Assembly: GCA_016867265.1 (NCBI GenBank)
Contig: VGJW01000010.1
Location: forward strand, 35,525-99,524
Direction of reading: 5' to 3'
Origin: Candidatus Tanganyikabacteria bacterium
GTDB lineage: Bacteria; Cyanobacteriota; Sericytochromatia; S15B-MN24; VGJW01
DNA length: 64,000 nucleotides
Of this stretch, positions 40,127 through 51,039 are shown piece by piece. The translations under genes were made by a program, and so were the position numbers. The notes beneath the pieces were generated by a model. It saw only the letters and a program-made list of their open reading frames with translations. It was not told the origin of the DNA and made no database searches. Positions within the stretch are counted from its first letter, which is position 1; every line of letters begins with the position of its first letter.

Positions 40127-42276
40127 TCGCACGCGAAGCCTTGCAGCGGCGAGGGCTTGCCGCCCTGATTCATGTGGACGATCCGCTGGGCCCCTTGCGG
40201 CTGGCGACGTTCTGCCTCGTGACGACGGGTATCTGCGGCATGGCCCTCGTGACACCGGATCCCGCACAGTTGCTGGCATGGCTCCTGACGGCCGCCGGCA
40301 GCTGGTTCAGCCACTGGTTCCGCGGGCGTAACTGGCTGGTCAAGGCCTTTCTTGCCGTCGGTATGCTCTACCTGCTGTACGACTACCTGCGAACGCTCTT
40401 CCTGTCCTCGCCGGATGCCCGCCTGCCGCTCGCCAACCTGCTGCTCTGGCTGCAGGTCCTCAACAGCTTCGACTTGCCGCGGCGGCACAACCTGCGCATT
40501 GCCCAGCTGGTCGGTGCCATCCTGCTCGTGGTGACGGCCAGCGTGTCGCGGGACCTCTTGTTGTTGCCCGTGCTGCTGGCGGCGACCGTCGCCTTTGTCG
40601 CCTGTTCGCACCTGGATACTCTCTTGGAATTTCCGGCTTTACCGCTCGGACGCCTCAACCTCAGGGCCGTCGCCTCGGGGGCCGTGGCGTTGATCGTCGC
40701 CTCGGGCGTGGTCTTCGGGCTGGTGCCTCGCGGCAAGGGCGGATTCCTGACGCAGTTGCCGATGAGCCGGATGATGGATATCAAGGGCCCCATGTCCGGG
40801 CGCATCACGGGGCCGGACGGGGGCGGCGGCGGTGGTTCGGGCGGATCCGGCGGCGGCGGTGGCGGCAGCTACTACGGATTCTCGGAGCGCCTGGATCTCA
40901 ATCACCGGGGCGACCTGCCCGATGAAGTGGTGCTCAAGGTACGCTCGGGCGGCCCCCAGTACCTGCGCGGCATGGCCTACGACACGTACGACGGCAGTTC
41001 GTGGCAGCTGTCGCATCCGGACAGGGTCGAGACCCTGACGCTGGCGAGTCAGCCGTGGCGCCTGCCTGTCTCGATGATCGGGGCGGGCCGACCGGATCTG
41101 CTGAGTGTCTATGTCGAGGCAACGCAGAGCAATCTGGTGCTGCTGCCGGGGTTCGCGGCCGAACTGTACTTCCCGACGCCGGTCCTCTTCCGGGACGACC
41201 AGGGGGCCTACCGCAGCCCGGTGCCTTTGCCTGACGGGCTTTACTATTCCGTGCGTCACGAGCGGGTCGCGTGGCAGGAGGCCTCGCTGGCCGGGGCCAA
41301 CCCCCTGACCCCCAAGCTGAAGCTCCAGTACGTCTCGTGGCTGGGGCTGCCGGAGGGCCTGCCCGGTCGCGTGGCCGCACGGGCGCGGGAATGGGCAGGG
41401 GGGACCGCAGCGCCGCCTTACGCGCAGATACGGAACCTGACGCGTCGCCTGCAAGCCACCTATGCCTACGATAGCGACGCCCCGAGGATACCGGCGGGCA
41501 GGGACCACGTGGATGCGTTCCTGTTCGACGTGCGCCGCGGGACGTGCGAGCAGTTCGCGACTTCGCTGGCGGTGATGGGCCGGACGCTGGGTGTCCCGAC
41601 ACGGCTGGTGACGGGCTACGCCCCGGGCCGGCACAACCTGCTGACGGGGTTCCACGAGGTGCGTGGCAACGATGCCCACGCCTGGGTCGAGGTGTTCCTG
41701 ACAGGGGTGGGCTGGGTGCCCTTCGATCCGACGCCGGGCTGGTCCGGCCCGCTGACCTTTGTCGTCGATGGCGGCCCGCCGCCCCTGCTCTCGGCCATCG
41801 GCGCGGTCTACGACCGCCTGGGACATCGCTTCTGGTTCCTGCTGGCGGGCTTGGGCGGCCTTGCCCTGCTTGCCGGCTGGTTTTTCAGCGAGGAGCAGGC
41901 TGCCCTCAGGCGGTTGCGACGGACGGCGCGATCTCCCGGGGCCTACCGGGCCACGCGTCTCTGGCTGAGAACCTTGTCCCGCCTTGCCCGGCATGGCCAT
42001 GGGCTGTCATCGGCCCGATCCGCCCGGGAGCATGTGGCGGCTGTCCAGGGTCACCCCGTGCTGTCCGCGGTGGCGCCGGCCTTCGGGGCCATCGCGGCGG
42101 CCTATGAACGGATGCGCTTCGGAGCCCCGCTGCCGGCGCCTGAGGCGGTCAAGGCGCTCGAGGCCGATGTCCGCGCTTTTGAGGAGCAGCTTGCGACCTT
42201 GCGCCGCGAGCTGGCGCGAGGCAGCCAGACAAGGCTGGCCCAAGGCGAGGCGGGCATGGGACACTCCACACCTTGA
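40123..42276 (+). CDS. membrane-anchored transglutaminase-like (TGc) domain protein
   Basis: ATGA overlap with DUF58 gene; N-terminal TM helices; RRGTCEQFATSLAVMGRTLGVPTRLVTGY...DAHAWVEVF...FDPT Cys-His-Asp TGase core; poly-Gly/Ser tract. Confidence 0.8.
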   Translation: MIAREALQRRGLAALIHVDDPLGPLRLATFCLVTTGICGMALVTPDPAQLLAWLLTAAGSWFSHWFRGRNWLVKAFLAVGMLYLLYDYLRTLFLSSPDARLPLANLLLWLQVLNSFDLPRRHNLRIAQLVGAILLVVTASVSRDLLLLPVLLAATVAFVACSHLDTLLEFPALPLGRLNLRAVASGAVALIVASGVVFGLVPRGKGGFLTQLPMSRMMDIKGPMSGRITGPDGGGGGGSGGSGGGGGGSYYGFSERLDLNHRGDLPDEVVLKVRSGGPQYLRGMAYDTYDGSSWQLSHPDRVETLTLASQPWRLPVSMIGAGRPDLLSVYVEATQSNLVLLPGFAAELYFPTPVLFRDDQGAYRSPVPLPDGLYYSVRHERVAWQEASLAGANPLTPKLKLQYVSWLGLPEGLPGRVAARAREWAGGTAAPPYAQIRNLTRRLQATYAYDSDAPRIPAGRDHVDAFLFDVRRGTCEQFATSLAVMGRTLGVPTRLVTGYAPGRHNLLTGFHEVRGNDAHAWVEVFLTGVGWVPFDPTPGWSGPLTFVVDGGPPPLLSAIGAVYDRLGHRFWFLLAGLGGLALLAGWFFSEEQAALRRLRRTARSPGAYRATRLWLRTLSRLARHGHGLSSARSAREHVAAVQGHPVLSAVAPAFGAIAAAYERMRFGAPLPAPEAVKALEADVRAFEEQLATLRRELARGSQTRLAQGEAGMGHSTP

Positions 42277-44084
42277 TGGATGACAGGGACAGGGTGCGGG
42301 ACGCGGCGCGCATCGCCGAGGTCATCGGGACCTATACCGTCCTCAAGCGCCGCGGGCGCGGCTGGTCGGGCCTGTGCCCGTTCCACGGGGAGCGCACGCC
42401 CAGCTTCAGCGTGCTTGAGGATCCTCCAGTCTTCCGCTGCTTCGGGTGCGGGGAGAAGGGCGATGTTTTCACCTTCCTGATGAAGAAGGAGGGCATGGAC
42501 TTTCCCGCGGCGCTGCGGCACCTGGCCGAGCGCTACGGCATCACGTTGTCGGAACGCCCGGCCCAGGACGGCGATCGTCGGCGCCTGTTGCGCGAAGTGG
42601 TCGGTGAGGCCGCTCTGTTCTTCCGGCGTCAGCTGCGCGAGGCCCCCGAGGGCAAGGCCGCGCGCGACTACATGGAGCAGCGCGGCCTCTCGGCCGAGAC
42701 GGCCGAGCGCTTTGGCCTGGGGGCGGCACCAGCGGCCTGGGATGCCCTTGCGGTGCAGCTGCGCCGGCAGGGCTTCGATCCCGAGGTACAGGTCGAGGCC
42801 GGTCTCGTCCGGCCCAACGACAGGGGCGGGTGGCGTGACGTGTTCCGCAACCGGCTGATCTTTCCCATCGCGACCGAGATGGGGGCCGTCGTCGCGTTTG
42901 GTGGGCGCCTGCTGCCCGGTGACGAAGGACCCAAGTATCTGAACTCGCCCGAGACCCCCATCTACCAGAAGGGTCACCAACTCTACGCCCTGCATCTGGC
43001 CAAGGAGGCCATCCGCCAGGCCGACCGTGCCTTGTTGGTCGAGGGCTACATGGACGCCGTGGCCTTGCATCAGGCGGGCATCCGCGAGGTCGTGGGCGTG
43101 CTGGGCACGGCGCTGACGCCGGAACAGGCGCGCAGCCTGCTGCGCTTTACCGAGGGCAAGCGCGTCGTGGTGGCGTTCGATGCGGATCAGGCCGGGCGCC
43201 AGGCTGCCGAGCGGGGCGGAGCCGTCCTCGAAGAGGTGGCGCGGGCCGCCGGGATCGTCCTGCGGGTGCTGACGGTTCCCGAGGGCAAGGATCCGGATGC
43301 CTACGTGGGCGCGTTCGGTGCCGACGCCTTCAGGAATCTGCTGGATGAGGCCCCGGACCTCGTCGCGTTCCGGGTCGATCGGCTGCTGGCCTCGGTCGAC
43401 GACCCGCGCAGCGTCGAAGGCCGCGCCCGGGTGCTCGAGGGCCTGGGCCCCCTGCTCGGGAGCTTGGGCAGCCAGGTCATGGCCGAGCCCTACGTCCGCG
43501 ACGTAGCCCGTGTGCTCGCGGTGTCCGAGGATGCACTGACGCGGGACCTGCGCCGCTTCCTGCCCGGTCGCCCCGTGGTGGCCCGCAGGACGGCCATGGC
43601 ACGGCCCGTGGCGCGGCAGCGGGCCGTGGAGGCCCGGCGTGGTCTGCTCGCCTACCTGGTGCTGCATCCCGAGGGGCGACCCTGGGTGGCGGGCCAGGTG
43701 GCACCGGCCATGCTGCCGGATGAAGTGGCGGCGGAACTGTTGGCCACCTTGCTGGCCGACGAGGTGACGTCGGGCTGGACCGACTGGCTCGCCCGCCTGG
43801 AAGGGACGCGCGCACACGAGTTGCTGTTGGAACTGTGCTTCGGGGAGGACCTGTTGCCGGAGCACGATGGTGAGCAAGTCGTGCAGAATTACATGGACGC
43901 CCTCCATCTCGATCACTGGGAACGGACGGCGACACGCATCCGCAACGACCTGTCGCAATCCGGACTGGACCGGGACGTGGCGAATCAACTGATGGTGGAG
44001 CACCTCGAGGCCATCAGGATGGTGAAGGAATTTGAAGCCAGGCTTGCGGGGCGAGTCCCCGGACAGGGTATGGGGCATGGATAA
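42273..44084 (+). CDS. dnaG: DNA primase
   Basis: Zinc ribbon [13 protein letters not shown]...[21 protein letters not shown] region; 603 aa; followed by rpoD. Confidence 0.9.
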   Translation: MMDDRDRVRDAARIAEVIGTYTVLKRRGRGWSGLCPFHGERTPSFSVLEDPPVFRCFGCGEKGDVFTFLMKKEGMDFPAALRHLAERYGITLSERPAQDGDRRRLLREVVGEAALFFRRQLREAPEGKAARDYMEQRGLSAETAERFGLGAAPAAWDALAVQLRRQGFDPEVQVEAGLVRPNDRGGWRDVFRNRLIFPIATEMGAVVAFGGRLLPGDEGPKYLNSPETPIYQKGHQLYALHLAKEAIRQADRALLVEGYMDAVALHQAGIREVVGVLGTALTPEQARSLLRFTEGKRVVVAFDADQAGRQAAERGGAVLEEVARAAGIVLRVLTVPEGKDPDAYVGAFGADAFRNLLDEAPDLVAFRVDRLLASVDDPRSVEGRARVLEGLGPLLGSLGSQVMAEPYVRDVARVLAVSEDALTRDLRRFLPGRPVVARRTAMARPVARQRAVEARRGLLAYLVLHPEGRPWVAGQVAPAMLPDEVAAELLATLLADEVTSGWTDWLARLEGTRAHELLLELCFGEDLLPEHDGEQVVQNYMDALHLDHWERTATRIRNDLSQSGLDRDVANQLMVEHLEAIRMVKEFEARLAGRVPGQGMGHG

Positions 44085-45175
44085 TGGGTAACGCCGACGC
44101 TGACGTGATGACCAACGAACGCTTGCAACCGGAGGCCGATGAGGCCCACCTCGCCCTTCCCGGGCTTCCCGGGACGGTGGCGGGTGATGTCGACCTGGGC
44201 GCGGATGTGCCGGCCGAGGCCTTTTCTCTGGACCCGGAGGAGGGGGGGGAAGAGTTTGATCTGGGCGACGAGACGATGGTCAAGGAGCTGGCTGCGCTTG
44301 CCTCCAAGGGGATGCCCAATGACGACCCCGTACGGGTGTACCTGCGGGAGATCGGCCAGAAGAAGCTGCTGAGCGGGGCGCAGGAAATCGAGCTGGCCCG
44401 CCGGATTGCCGCGGGGGTCGAGAGTCCCGAGCTGGCTGCCGACGCGGAAGCCGCCAAGCGCCAAATGGCCGAGGCCAACCTCCGCCTCGTGGTGTCCATT
44501 GCCAAGAAGTACAACGGTCGCAGCAATATGCAGTTCCTGGATCTGATCCAGGAGGGCAACCTGGGCCTGATTCGGGCGGTCGAGAAGTTCGACTATGCCA
44601 AGGGCTTCAAGTTCAGCACCTATGCGACGTGGTGGATTCGCCAGGCCATCACCCGTGCCATCGCCGACCAGGCGCGCACGATCCGGATTCCCGTCCACAT
44701 GGTCGAGACCATCAACAAGATGCGGCGCATCAGCCAGGAAATGGCCCAGGCTATGGGACGGACACCCACCGACCTCGAACTGGCCGCGAAGCTGGACATC
44801 ACGGTCGAGAAGCTGCGCGAGATCCGCAAGATCTCCGAGGAGCCCTCCTCGCTCGAGCAGCCCATGGGCAAGGAAGAGGACGCGCGGCTTGGGGACACTG
44901 TTTCCGATGACACGAGCGAGCTGCCCATCGACCGCGTAAGCCGGGAGATGCTGCGCGAGCACATCAACGAGGTGCTGGAGCAGCTGCAGGATCGCGAGCG
45001 CGAGGTGCTGCGCATGCGCTTCGGGCTCGACGACGGCCACAGCCACACGCTCGAGGAAGTCGGCCAGCGCTTCAACGTCACGCGTGAGCGCATCCGCCAG
45101 ATCGAGGCCAAGGCCCTGCGCAAGCTGCGTCACCCCAACCGCAACAAGCGCCTGAAGGGCTATATCGAGGACTGA
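44084..45175 (+). CDS. rpoD: RNA polymerase primary sigma factor (sigma-70, short N-terminus)
   Basis: Region 1.2-2.4 [74 protein letters not shown], region 4 present; dnaG-rpoD linkage. Confidence 0.9.
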   Translation: MGNADADVMTNERLQPEADEAHLALPGLPGTVAGDVDLGADVPAEAFSLDPEEGGEEFDLGDETMVKELAALASKGMPNDDPVRVYLREIGQKKLLSGAQEIELARRIAAGVESPELAADAEAAKRQMAEANLRLVVSIAKKYNGRSNMQFLDLIQEGNLGLIRAVEKFDYAKGFKFSTYATWWIRQAITRAIADQARTIRIPVHMVETINKMRRISQEMAQAMGRTPTDLELAAKLDITVEKLREIRKISEEPSSLEQPMGKEEDARLGDTVSDDTSELPIDRVSREMLREHINEVLEQLQDREREVLRMRFGLDDGHSHTLEEVGQRFNVTRERIRQIEAKALRKLRHPNRNKRLKGYIED

Positions 45176-45203
45176 GCGGCCCCGTCAGGGTCGGCCATTT
45201 CCG

Positions 45204-45227
45204 GGGGGATCGCTGCGGCGATCCCCC
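45204..45227 (+). terminator. hairpin GGGGGATCGC-TGCG-GCGATCCCCC after rpoD (no U-tract)
   Basis: Perfect 10-bp stem 29 nt after the rpoD stop. Confidence 0.45.
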
Positions 45228-45437
45228 TGAAAGCTTGGGCCCATCTCCTCTCCGAGGCCCCATGATCGCGAAGCGAAGCATCATTCTCCAACATGAGCGC
45301 GGGTTTTCCACCGAACAAACGCTCTCCCTTGATTGATCCGGGGAAAATTCGCAAAAAAGTGTGATCCATGCACCAGATTCTCCGAAATCGGGGTACACTT
45401 GGAGAAGAATCATCGGTACCACCAAGGAGGATGCCCC

Positions 45438-45608
45438 GTGCGGAAGATTCGTTCCGAGACCCAGAAGGGCCTGCAGACGTGCAAGTACTGCGTCCAGTGT
45501 TCGGCATGGTATCCCCTGACCGAGTTCTACATCGACCGCGCCAAGGCCGACGGTCTCCGCCCCTACTGCAAGGTGTGTGACATCGCCAAGGCCAAGCGGG
45601 CGGTCTGA
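45438..45608 (+). CDS. small zinc-ribbon protein (CxxC...CxxC), 56 aa
   Basis: GTG 7 nt after AAGGAGG; VRKIRSETQKGLQTCKYCVQCSAWYPLTEFYIDRAKADGLRPYCKVCDIAKAKRAV; track ORF (45333) extends upstream through a lower-GC leader. Confidence 0.45.
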   Translation: MRKIRSETQKGLQTCKYCVQCSAWYPLTEFYIDRAKADGLRPYCKVCDIAKAKRAV

Positions 45609-45750
45609 GCGCACTCGGCTGCTTTCGGGCCGCTTGCTCCAGCGGGGCAGGCGGCCTTTGCCATTGGGTGGCTTTCGCTCGGCCGGATAGGGGATGTGCC
45701 CAAGGGGCGCTGGACGTTCGGCCGCGGTCAATCCACCATGGACAGGAGAG

Positions 45751-46848
45751 GTGACCGGTTTGGCAAAGCGAGCGTTCATCACGGGAACGACGGGGCAGGA
45801 CGGTTCCTACCTGGCCGAGTTGTTGCTTGAGAAAGGTTATGAGGTACACGGCCTCAAGCGCCGGGCCTCCAGCTTCAACACCGAACGCGTGGATCACCTG
45901 TACCAGGACCCTCATGTCTCGGATCGCCGCTTCGTCCTCCATTACGGGGACCTGACGGATGCAACCAACCTCATCCGTATCGTTCAGGAAATACAGCCGG
46001 ACGAAATCTACAACCTTGCGGCCCAAAGCCACGTTGCGGTCTCTTTCGAGACGCCCGAATACACGGCAAATTCTGATGCAATTGGCGCGCTAAGGATTTT
46101 GGAGTCGATACGAATACTGCGCCTGGAAGATAAAACACGATTTTATCAGGCATCAACGTCGGAGATGTACGGAAAGGTGCAGTCCATACCGCAGGATGAG
46201 TCCACGCCGTTTTATCCGAGAAGCCCCTATGGTGTTGCCAAACTTTACGCTTATTGGATAGCCCGGAACTATAGGGAGGGCTACGGGATACACGCATCCA
46301 ATGGCATCCTGTTCAACCACGAGAGTCCGCGTCGGGGCGAGACGTTTGTTACGCGAAAGATAACGCGGGCAGTGGCTCGCATTCACCTGGGTCTCGAGGA
46401 CAAGTTGCATCTGGGTAACCTGAACGCCCTGCGCGACTGGGGTCACGCCCGTGACTACGTCGCAGCCATGTGGTTGATGCTGCAGCAGGATGAGCCTGAT
46501 GACTACGTCATTGCCACGGGCAGCCAGATTTCCGTCCGTCAGTTCGTCGAGCTTGCCTTTGCCGAGGTGGGTCAGGCCATCGTCTGGCAAGGTGATGGCG
46601 TCGACGAGCAGGGCCTGGATCCGGCCTCGGGTCGATGCCTGGTTGCCGTTGATCCCCGATATTTCCGGCCGACCGAAGTCGAGACCCTGCTGGGCAACCC
46701 GGCCAAGGCAAAGGCACGCCTTGGCTGGCAGCCTCGTATCTCCGTCGGGGAGCTGGCCCAGGAGATGGTCCAGCACGATCTGGCACAGGCGCGTCAGTTC
46801 AAGGTGGCCCGAGAGCAGGGCTTTGCGGTTCATGCGGCTCATGAATAA
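45751..46848 (+). CDS. gmd: GDP-mannose 4,6-dehydratase
   Basis: GTG after AGGAG; [27 protein letters not shown]...[10 protein letters not shown]...YAASK-like YGVAKLY; 365 aa; markedly lower GC (~50%) than surroundings. Confidence 0.9.
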   Translation: MTGLAKRAFITGTTGQDGSYLAELLLEKGYEVHGLKRRASSFNTERVDHLYQDPHVSDRRFVLHYGDLTDATNLIRIVQEIQPDEIYNLAAQSHVAVSFETPEYTANSDAIGALRILESIRILRLEDKTRFYQASTSEMYGKVQSIPQDESTPFYPRSPYGVAKLYAYWIARNYREGYGIHASNGILFNHESPRRGETFVTRKITRAVARIHLGLEDKLHLGNLNALRDWGHARDYVAAMWLMLQQDEPDDYVIATGSQISVRQFVELAFAEVGQAIVWQGDGVDEQGLDPASGRCLVAVDPRYFRPTEVETLLGNPAKAKARLGWQPRISVGELAQEMVQHDLAQARQFKVAREQGFAVHAAHE

Positions 46849-47767
46849 GGATTCAAGGATTCTGGTCTTGGGCCACAGGGGCCTCGTCGGTTCGGCATTG
46901 GTTCGACGCCTGCGATCAGAGGGCCACGACCGTCTCCTCCAGCAGACGCGGCAAGATCTGGATCTGCGGGACTCCGTCGCCGTGCGGCGCTTCTTCCGGA
47001 CCGAACGTCCGGAGATCGTGTTCCTGGCGGCAGCCCGGGTCGGGGGTATCCTGGCCAATGACCGGGCTCCAGTGGATTTCCTGATGGAAAACATGGCAAT
47101 CCAGCAGAACGTCATTTCGGCAGCCCACGAAGCCGGCGTTGCCAAGCTGCTGTTCCTCGGATCGTCTTGCATCTACCCTCGGGATTGTGCCCAGCCGATT
47201 CGGGAGGAATATCTGCTTGGCGGACCGCTCGAACCAACCAACGAATGGTATGCCGTCGCCAAGATCGCGGGCATCAAGATGTGCCAGGCCTACCGCAAGC
47301 AATACGGTGCGGACTTCATCTCCGTGATGCCGACCAACCTCTATGGACCGGGGGACAACTTCGATCTCGAGACCTCCCATGTCCTTCCGGCCATGTTGCG
47401 CAAGTTTCACGAAGCCAGGGCCTCAGGCCTTCCCGTGCAGCTGTGGGGGACAGGATCACCGCGTCGCGAGTTCCTGCACGTCGACGATCTTGCCGATGCT
47501 TGCCTTCACCTGATGCGGTGCTATGCCGACGATCGTCCCATCAACGTGGGGGTCGGGGAAGATGTCTCCATTCGAGACCTTGCAGGACTGATGGCGAGAA
47601 TCACCGGTTTCGAGGGCGATGTCCTCTGGGACGCATCCAAGCCCGACGGGACGCCACGCAAGCTGCTGGATGTCTCCCGCCTGGCCGAGACGGGATGGTC
47701 GGCGCGGATTGGCCTCGAGGAGGGCATCCGGGAGACCTATCGGTGGTACCTGGCCCATCAGGCCTGA
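46841..47767 (+). CDS. fcl: GDP-L-fucose synthase (GDP-4-keto-6-deoxymannose 3,5-epimerase/4-reductase)
   Basis: ATG overlapping gmd stop; [39 protein letters not shown] motifs of Fcl/WcaG. Confidence 0.9.
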   Translation: MNKDSRILVLGHRGLVGSALVRRLRSEGHDRLLQQTRQDLDLRDSVAVRRFFRTERPEIVFLAAARVGGILANDRAPVDFLMENMAIQQNVISAAHEAGVAKLLFLGSSCIYPRDCAQPIREEYLLGGPLEPTNEWYAVAKIAGIKMCQAYRKQYGADFISVMPTNLYGPGDNFDLETSHVLPAMLRKFHEARASGLPVQLWGTGSPRREFLHVDDLADACLHLMRCYADDRPINVGVGEDVSIRDLAGLMARITGFEGDVLWDASKPDGTPRKLLDVSRLAETGWSARIGLEEGIRETYRWYLAHQA

Positions 47768-47774
47768 TGTTGCT

Positions 47775-48560
47775 TCAGATGTCCCGGTGCCTGCGCCTGA
47801 CGGCTTGGCCGATGGCCTGAGGAATCGCCCGAACGATGAACGGCAGGTTGGTCGAGAGGTAGCGTCGCCACAGGCGGTCGGGTTCGAGCGCCAACCTGTA
47901 GGTCCATTCGAGTCCCGCTTGGCGCATCCAGGCAGGCGCCCGTCCCTGGTGGCCTGCGAATACCGGAAAGGCACCGCCCAGGCCGATCATCACCGCGGAC
48001 AGCAAGCCCTTGTGTTCGGCCATCCAGCGCTCCTGGCGGGGACAGCCAAGTGCAACCAGCACCAGGCGTGCGCCGCTGGCGCGGATGGCTTCCTGCTGGG
48101 CGCGAACTTCTTCGGGAGACATGGCGCGGAAGGGAGGCGATACGGCACCCGCCACGACCAGGCCCGGGAATTCTGATTCCGCACGCCGGACGACAGCCTT
48201 GAGCGTCTCGGGTGTCGCGCCCAGGAAGTACACGGGCAGCCCCAAGCCTCTCGCCCGCTCGAGCAAGGCAACAAGCAAATCATAGCCTGCGACGCGTGTC
48301 TGCTGGCGCGCACCCGCCGATCGCATCATCCAGACCAAGGGCATGCCATCGGGTGTCACCAGATCCGCTGCCTCGAGCACTCGGGCGAAGGAGGGGGCAC
48401 GCTCGGCTTCCATCACCATATGCACATTGGCGACGCACACATACCGGCTCTCACCGAGCGCCGCCCACCCGGCGATGAGGTCGGCCATGGACTCCGTGTC
48501 GCCGGTCGAGACAGGTTGTCTCAGGACAGCCACGCGCTTGGGGGTGTCAGGAGGATGCAT
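47775..48560 (-). CDS. WecB/TagA/CpsF-family glycosyltransferase
   Basis: YVCVANVHMVMEA...LVTPDGMPLVW...PVYFLGATPE...GCPRQERWMAE pattern of PF03808; start set at internal Met (MHPPDT) 14 nt inside upstream gene; track ORF start at 48659 is less plausible. Confidence 0.7.
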   Translation of the reverse strand: MHPPDTPKRVAVLRQPVSTGDTESMADLIAGWAALGESRYVCVANVHMVMEAERAPSFARVLEAADLVTPDGMPLVWMMRSAGARQQTRVAGYDLLVALLERARGLGLPVYFLGATPETLKAVVRRAESEFPGLVVAGAVSPPFRAMSPEEVRAQQEAIRASGARLVLVALGCPRQERWMAEHKGLLSAVMIGLGGAFPVFAGHQGRAPAWMRQAGLEWTYRLALEPDRLWRRYLSTNLPFIVRAIPQAIGQAVRRRHRDI

Positions 48561-49728
48561 CGATAACGTGCTCGTAGAGGGTCGTGAGGGACTTGTAGTT
48601 GCTGTCGGGCGCATAGTGCGCGGCATAGGTTGCCCTAGCTTTCGCGCCGTGTCGACCAAGTGCCTCGGGGGAGAGGGCGAGGATGGCCTCGAGGCCCCGG
48701 CCCCAAGCCTGTGGATCCCCTGGTGGCAACAGCCAGCCTTGCTCGCCCTCGTCGATCAACTCGGGCAGGGAGCCGATCCGGGACGCAGCCACGGGCAGGC
48801 TGTGCGCCATGGCTTCCAGCAGTGTGGCGGGCATGCCCTCGTACCACGTGGACGGAAAGGCAAGGATCCGGCTTCGAGCCATCCAATGGCTCACCCCGGG
48901 AGGCGCCAGTCGACCAACGTAGCGCATCCGGCCTTGCGAGGCCTCACAGGCACGGCTGACTTCCTCCTTCATGGGGCCGTCGCCGGCGATGGTCAGGGTT
49001 GCCTGGCCACGGACCAGGCGAAAGCCTTGAATCAGCGTCGAGAGTCCCTTTTCTTCGGAAAGGCGGCCGATGAACAGGACATCGGTATCCTTGGTGGCCG
49101 CTGGTGGCGAGGGGGTTCCGGGATAAAAATTGGGCTTGATGTGCATCTTCTCGAGTGGAAGGCCCCACGCGGCCATCTTGTCTCTTTGGAATCGCGTTAG
49201 GAGGATGTAGGCATCTACGTCCCGGTGCCAGGTGCCCATCCGGCGGTGCAGGCCCGTGGCACCTGCGACGATGGCCGATTGGATGGCGGAACCGCGATAG
49301 CACCCATGGATGACGGCAGGCGCGGCTAGCTCCAAAGGCAGGCATGACTCGCAGGGCCTGCCGCCTCTGTAAAGCGTCCCCGCCGGGCAGGCGAGCCTGA
49401 AGTTGTGCAGCGTGGCCACGACCGGCACGCCGGCTGCCTTGCACGTTCCGAAGACGGATGGAGACCACTGGGGAAACCAGTTGTGCACGTGGATCACGTC
49501 GGGTTGATGCGTCCGGATCAATTCCCGGAGTTCCGCCTGTGCCCTTGGCGCGTGCCACGTTCGTACGCCCGTGAGGGCTGCATCCAGGGTGGAGCGGATG
49601 TCCCGGTTGTCCTTGAGTGCCAGGGTAACGGCATGGCCACGGTCCTGCAGCAGCGCGACCTCAGCGTCGACCACGCTGTCTTCCCCACCACGTACCTGGT
49701 ATCGGTTGTGGAGGACGAGGATGTTCAA
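48547..49728 (-). CDS. glycosyltransferase family 4
   Basis: MNILVLHNRYQVRGGEDSVV...; C-terminal EGMPATLLEAMAHSLPVAASRIGSLPELI GT4 E-x7-E region. Confidence 0.85.
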   Translation of the reverse strand: MNILVLHNRYQVRGGEDSVVDAEVALLQDRGHAVTLALKDNRDIRSTLDAALTGVRTWHAPRAQAELRELIRTHQPDVIHVHNWFPQWSPSVFGTCKAAGVPVVATLHNFRLACPAGTLYRGGRPCESCLPLELAAPAVIHGCYRGSAIQSAIVAGATGLHRRMGTWHRDVDAYILLTRFQRDKMAAWGLPLEKMHIKPNFYPGTPSPPAATKDTDVLFIGRLSEEKGLSTLIQGFRLVRGQATLTIAGDGPMKEEVSRACEASQGRMRYVGRLAPPGVSHWMARSRILAFPSTWYEGMPATLLEAMAHSLPVAASRIGSLPELIDEGEQGWLLPPGDPQAWGRGLEAILALSPEALGRHGAKARATYAAHYAPDSNYKSLTTLYEHVIDASS

Positions 49729-49821
49729 TCGGGCTGATCCGGATGGGGGGCGAGGCAGATGCGGACCATGCCCTTGCTGTGGGACCCTATTCTAGCGCCC
49801 CGCCCGAAAAGGACGACAGCG

Positions 49822-51021
49822 ATGTCCGATAGTCTGCAACCTGCACGCCGTCGTCGCAGGCTCCCGATTGGGGCGGTAATCCTGTTGTCCTTGGTGCTGT
49901 TCGGACTGTCTGTGCGCTCGGTCCCTGCACTTGCTGCGGAGACCACGTTCAGGTTCATTCCAGGCGACTTCATGGGCATTCACGTCCACGACTGGTTGGC
50001 CCCCGGCCATATTCCCCCCCATGTACCGCTCTGGCGAGCCTGGGATGCACGCGTGACCTGGCCGGATCTGGAGCCGGCAAAGGGCGTCTGGCAGCCGGCG
50101 CGTCTGGAGGCGCTCCTTCGCGCGGCCCGGTCACGTGGGACGCGCCTGATCCTGCCACTCGCCCTCACGCCTACCTGGGCCTCGGGACAGCCCGCGATGT
50201 CCAATGCCTATGGAACCGGTCGCGGCGGGCCCGTGGCCGACGTGGAGGCGTGGGATCTCTACGTGGCCCGTATCGCGGAGGTCGCGCGGCAGGAAGGTGC
50301 TGATCTCGAACTGTGGAACGAGCCTGACTTGCCCGACTTTTCCCGCATCTCTCCTGAGGAGATGGCCTCGCTGGCACGTCGGACACGGCAGGTTATGGAT
50401 CGGGTCTGGCCGCAGGGGCGCCTCGTAGGTCCTGCCGTCACCCTGCGTCATGGCCTGCCTTGGCTGGCTCGATACTTGGCGGCCGGAGGTGCCGCGCCGC
50501 TATCGGCCCTGACCGTCCACGCCTATGTCACCCCGGACGGGCCCGAAGCTCTCTGGCCGGCGCTCGATGCCCTGCGTGCCGTCCTTCGCCGAACGGGAGC
50601 GGATACGCTGCCGCTATGGTGTACGGAAATCGGATGGCGTATCGAGGCTTCGGGGCGAACCGTATCGCCCCAGTTGGGAACTTCCTTCGCCCGGGTCTTG
50701 TCGGAGAGGGAAGCGGTGGACTTTTTGCGCAAGGCCGTGTTCACGCTTGCAGCATCCGGTTTCTCTCGAGTTTGCTGGTACGCTTGGGACAACCGCGACA
50801 TGGGTTTGGCTGCAGTGGAGTCCGGCTCTCCCAAGGCCGCGGGCAACGCGTGGCTAAAGCTTGCGGCGTGGCTGCCCGGCAAGCGAATTGGCGTAGTCCG
50901 GAGTCCCGGCGGGACGTCATGGCAGTTCCTGATCCGCGAGGCCCGGGGGGACACCCGCGCATTCGTCTGGACCGCAGCTCAGGAGATGCCGGGGTTCGAT
51001 CCACTGACAGGAGTGCCCTGA
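49822..51021 (+). CDS. glycoside hydrolase (GH5/GH39-like, PslG-type) with N-terminal membrane anchor
   Basis: LELWNEPD (acid/base NEP) and LWCTEIGW (nucleophile Glu) (beta/alpha)8 signatures; anchor LPIGAVILLSLVLFGL. Confidence 0.7.
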   Translation: MSDSLQPARRRRRLPIGAVILLSLVLFGLSVRSVPALAAETTFRFIPGDFMGIHVHDWLAPGHIPPHVPLWRAWDARVTWPDLEPAKGVWQPARLEALLRAARSRGTRLILPLALTPTWASGQPAMSNAYGTGRGGPVADVEAWDLYVARIAEVARQEGADLELWNEPDLPDFSRISPEEMASLARRTRQVMDRVWPQGRLVGPAVTLRHGLPWLARYLAAGGAAPLSALTVHAYVTPDGPEALWPALDALRAVLRRTGADTLPLWCTEIGWRIEASGRTVSPQLGTSFARVLSEREAVDFLRKAVFTLAASGFSRVCWYAWDNRDMGLAAVESGSPKAAGNAWLKLAAWLPGKRIGVVRSPGGTSWQFLIREARGDTRAFVWTAAQEMPGFDPLTGVP

Positions 51022-51039
51022 GCCTGTTTCTGTTGTGGC

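Noticed and set aside
42102-44078. 658-aa minus-strand ORF
   Set aside because: Antisense to dnaG.
50985-51005. GGTTCGATCC (tRNA T-arm-like) near the glycoside hydrolase stop
   Set aside because: No complementary T-stem, acceptor stem or anticodon arm around it; lies inside a coding region.
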